The notes beneath the pieces were generated by a model. The model saw only the letters and a program-made list of their open reading frames with translations. It was not told the DNA's origin and searched no databases. The translations under genes were made by a program, and so were the position numbers. Source: the human T2T-CHM13v2.0 reference genome, Homo sapiens. From it: a DNA stretch of 64,000 nt. Location of the stretch: assembly GCF_009914755.1 (NCBI RefSeq), contig NC_060926.1, one strand, 5' to 3'. Position 1 is the stretch's first letter. Every line of letters begins with the position of its first letter. This document shows positions 62,231-64,000 of the stretch, piece after piece.

Positions 62231-64000
62231 AAGCAGACAGCAGCATTCCCAGAATCTTCTTTGTGATGTTTGCATTCAAGTCACAGAGTTGAACATTCCC
62301 TTTCATAGAGCAGGTTTGAAACACTCTTTTTATAGTATCTGGATGTGGACATTTGGAGCGCTTTCAGGCCTATGGTGAAAAAGGAAATATATTCTCCTGA
62401 AAACTAGACAGAAGCATTCTCAGAATCTTATTTGTGATGTGCGCCCTCAACTAACAGTGTTGAAGCTTTCTTTTGATAGAGCAGTTTTGAAACACTCTTT
62501 TCGTAAAATCTGCAAGAGGATATTTGGATAGCTTTGAGGATTTCGTTGGAAACGGGATTGTCTTCATATAAACTCTAGACAGAAGCATTCTCAGAAGCTT
62601 CATTGGGATGTTTCAATTGAAGTCACAGTGTTGAACAGTCCCTTTCATAGAGCAGGTTTGAAACACTCTTTTTGTGGAATCTGGAAGTGGACATTTGGAG
62701 CGCTCTCAGGACTGCGGTGAAAAAGGAAGTATCTTCCAATAAAAGCTAGATAGAAGCAATGTCAGAAACTTTTTCATGATGTATCTACTCAGCAAACAGA
62801 GTTGAACCTTTCTTTTGAGAGAGCAGTTTTGAAACACTCTTTTTGTGGAATCTGCAAGTGGATATTTGTCTAGCTTTGAGGATTTCGTTGGAAACGGGAT
62901 TACATATAAAAAGCAGACAGCAGCATTCCCAGAAACTTCTTTGTGATGTTTGCATTCAAGTCACACAGTTGAACATTCCCTTTCATAGAGCAGGTTTGAA
63001 ACACTCTTTTTGTAGTATCTGGATGTGGACATTTGGAGCGCTTTCAGGTCTATGGTGAAAAAGGAAATATCTTCCCCTGAAAACTAGACAGAAGCATTCT
63101 CAGAAACTTATTTGTGATGTGCGCCCTCAACTAACACTGTTGAACCTTTCTTTTGATAGAGCAGTTTTGAAACACTCTTTTTGTAATATCTGCAAGAGGA
63201 TATTTGGATAGCTTTGAGGATTTCGTTGGAAACGGGATTGTCTTCATATAAACTCTAGACAGAAGCATTCTCAGAAGCTTCATTGGGATGTTTCAATTGA
63301 AGTCACAGTGTTGAACAGTCCCTTTCATAGAGCAGGTTTGAAACACTCTTTTTGTAGTATCTGGAAGTGGACATTTGGAGGGATCTCAGGAATACGGTGA
63401 TAAAGGAAATATCTTCCAATAAAAGCTAGATAGAAGCAATGTCAGAAACTTTTTCATGACGTATCTACTCAGCTAACAGAGTTGAACCTTTCTTTTGAGA
63501 GAGCAGTTTTGAAACACTCTTTTTGTGGAATCTGCAAGTGGATATTTGTCTAGCTTTGAGGATTTCGTTTGAAACGGGATTACATATAAAAAGCAGACAG
63601 CAGCATTCCCAGAAACTTCTTTGTGAAGTTTGCATTGAAGTCACAGAGTTGAACATTCCCTTTCATAGAGCAGGTTTGAAACACTCTTTTTGTAGTATCT
63701 GTATGTGGACATTTGGAGCGCTTTCAGGCCTATGGTGAAAAAGGAAATATCTTCCCCTGAAAACTAGACAGAAGCATTCTCAGAAACTTATTTGTGATGT
63801 GCGCCCTCAACTAACAGTGTTGAAGCTTTCTTTTGATAGAGCAGTTTTGAAACACTCTTTTTGTAATATCTGCAAGAGGATATTTGGATAGCTTTGAGGA
63901 TTTCGTTGGAAACGGGATTGTCTTCATATAAACTCTAGACAGAAGCATTCTCAGAAGCTTCATTGGGATGTTTCAATTGAAGTCACAGTGTTGAACAGTC
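60140..64000 (+). repeat. Tandem 2040-bp (3-tetramer) duplication running to the window end
   Basis: ORF pairs 60803/62843 and 61483/63523; shared variants at 60291/62331 (tatagtatc) and 60351/62391 (attctcctg). Confidence 0.85.

Larger units (their letters stand above)
1..64000 (+). repeat. Centromeric alpha-satellite higher-order repeat array, ~170-bp monomers, 679-680 bp tetramer base unit, single orientation; probably human chromosome 2 D2Z1 (SF2)
   Basis: Alphoid hallmarks (cattctcagaaactt, gagcagttttgaaacactctttttgt, CENP-B box) recur about every 170 bp through the window, and ORF-track starts recur at 679/680 steps (e.g. 50610, 51290, 51970, 52650). The alpha-satellite call is near certain. 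The chr2/D2Z1 assignment (about 0.7) rests on recalling D2Z1 as a 680-bp XbaI 4-mer; TCTAGA occurs once per canonical unit here. Confidence 0.98.

Noticed and set aside
148-63738. About 120 short ORFs (60-81 aa) on both strands, in near-identical families
   Set aside because: They are translations of satellite monomers, mostly with TTG/GTG starts on the + strand. They open and close with single repeat variants and resemble no protein family I recognise. They were used only as positional markers.
1-64000. CRISPR-like look (conserved ~28-bp block gagcag(g/t)tttgaaacactctttttgt at regular spacing, with GTTT..AAAC dyad)
   Set aside because: The intervening ~140 bp is itself repeated rather than unique spacers, the period is 170 bp, there are no cas genes, and the sequence is alphoid with CENP-B boxes.
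1-64000. Possible L1/Alu/LTR insertion or strand inversion
   Set aside because: No poly(A) tail, non-alphoid segment or reverse-orientation box (TCCCGTTTCCAACGAAA) was seen on reading the window.

Overview
The whole 64 kb window is one uninterrupted, single-orientation array of primate (very likely human) centromeric alpha satellite. Its ~170-bp monomers are arranged in a 679-680 bp tetrameric higher-order repeat (my labels A-B-C-D, 171+171+167+171 bp; reference unit 615-1294). A CENP-B box (TTTCGTTGGAAACGGGA) occurs in every second monomer (A, C) and a pJalpha-type site in the others (B, D). The dimer-derived organisation, 680-bp 4-mer and single XbaI site per unit best fit the suprachromosomal family 2 array D2Z1 of human chromosome 2; this is from recall and was not confirmed by a search. 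I see no genes, RNA genes, transposon insertions or inversions, and all listed ORFs are chance translations of the satellite. I find no evidence for a new gene system. What is informative is the array's internal history: recurrent hybrid monomers, dimer-step length variants, nested multi-kb duplications (offsets 2040, 2714, 4073, 4756/7, 9160, 9505, 9848, 11881 bp), three variant-defined domains (about 1-22.1 kb, 22.1-46.9 kb, 46.9-64 kb) and amplified families of mutated CENP-B boxes. Counts and boundaries were read by eye and need computational confirmation.
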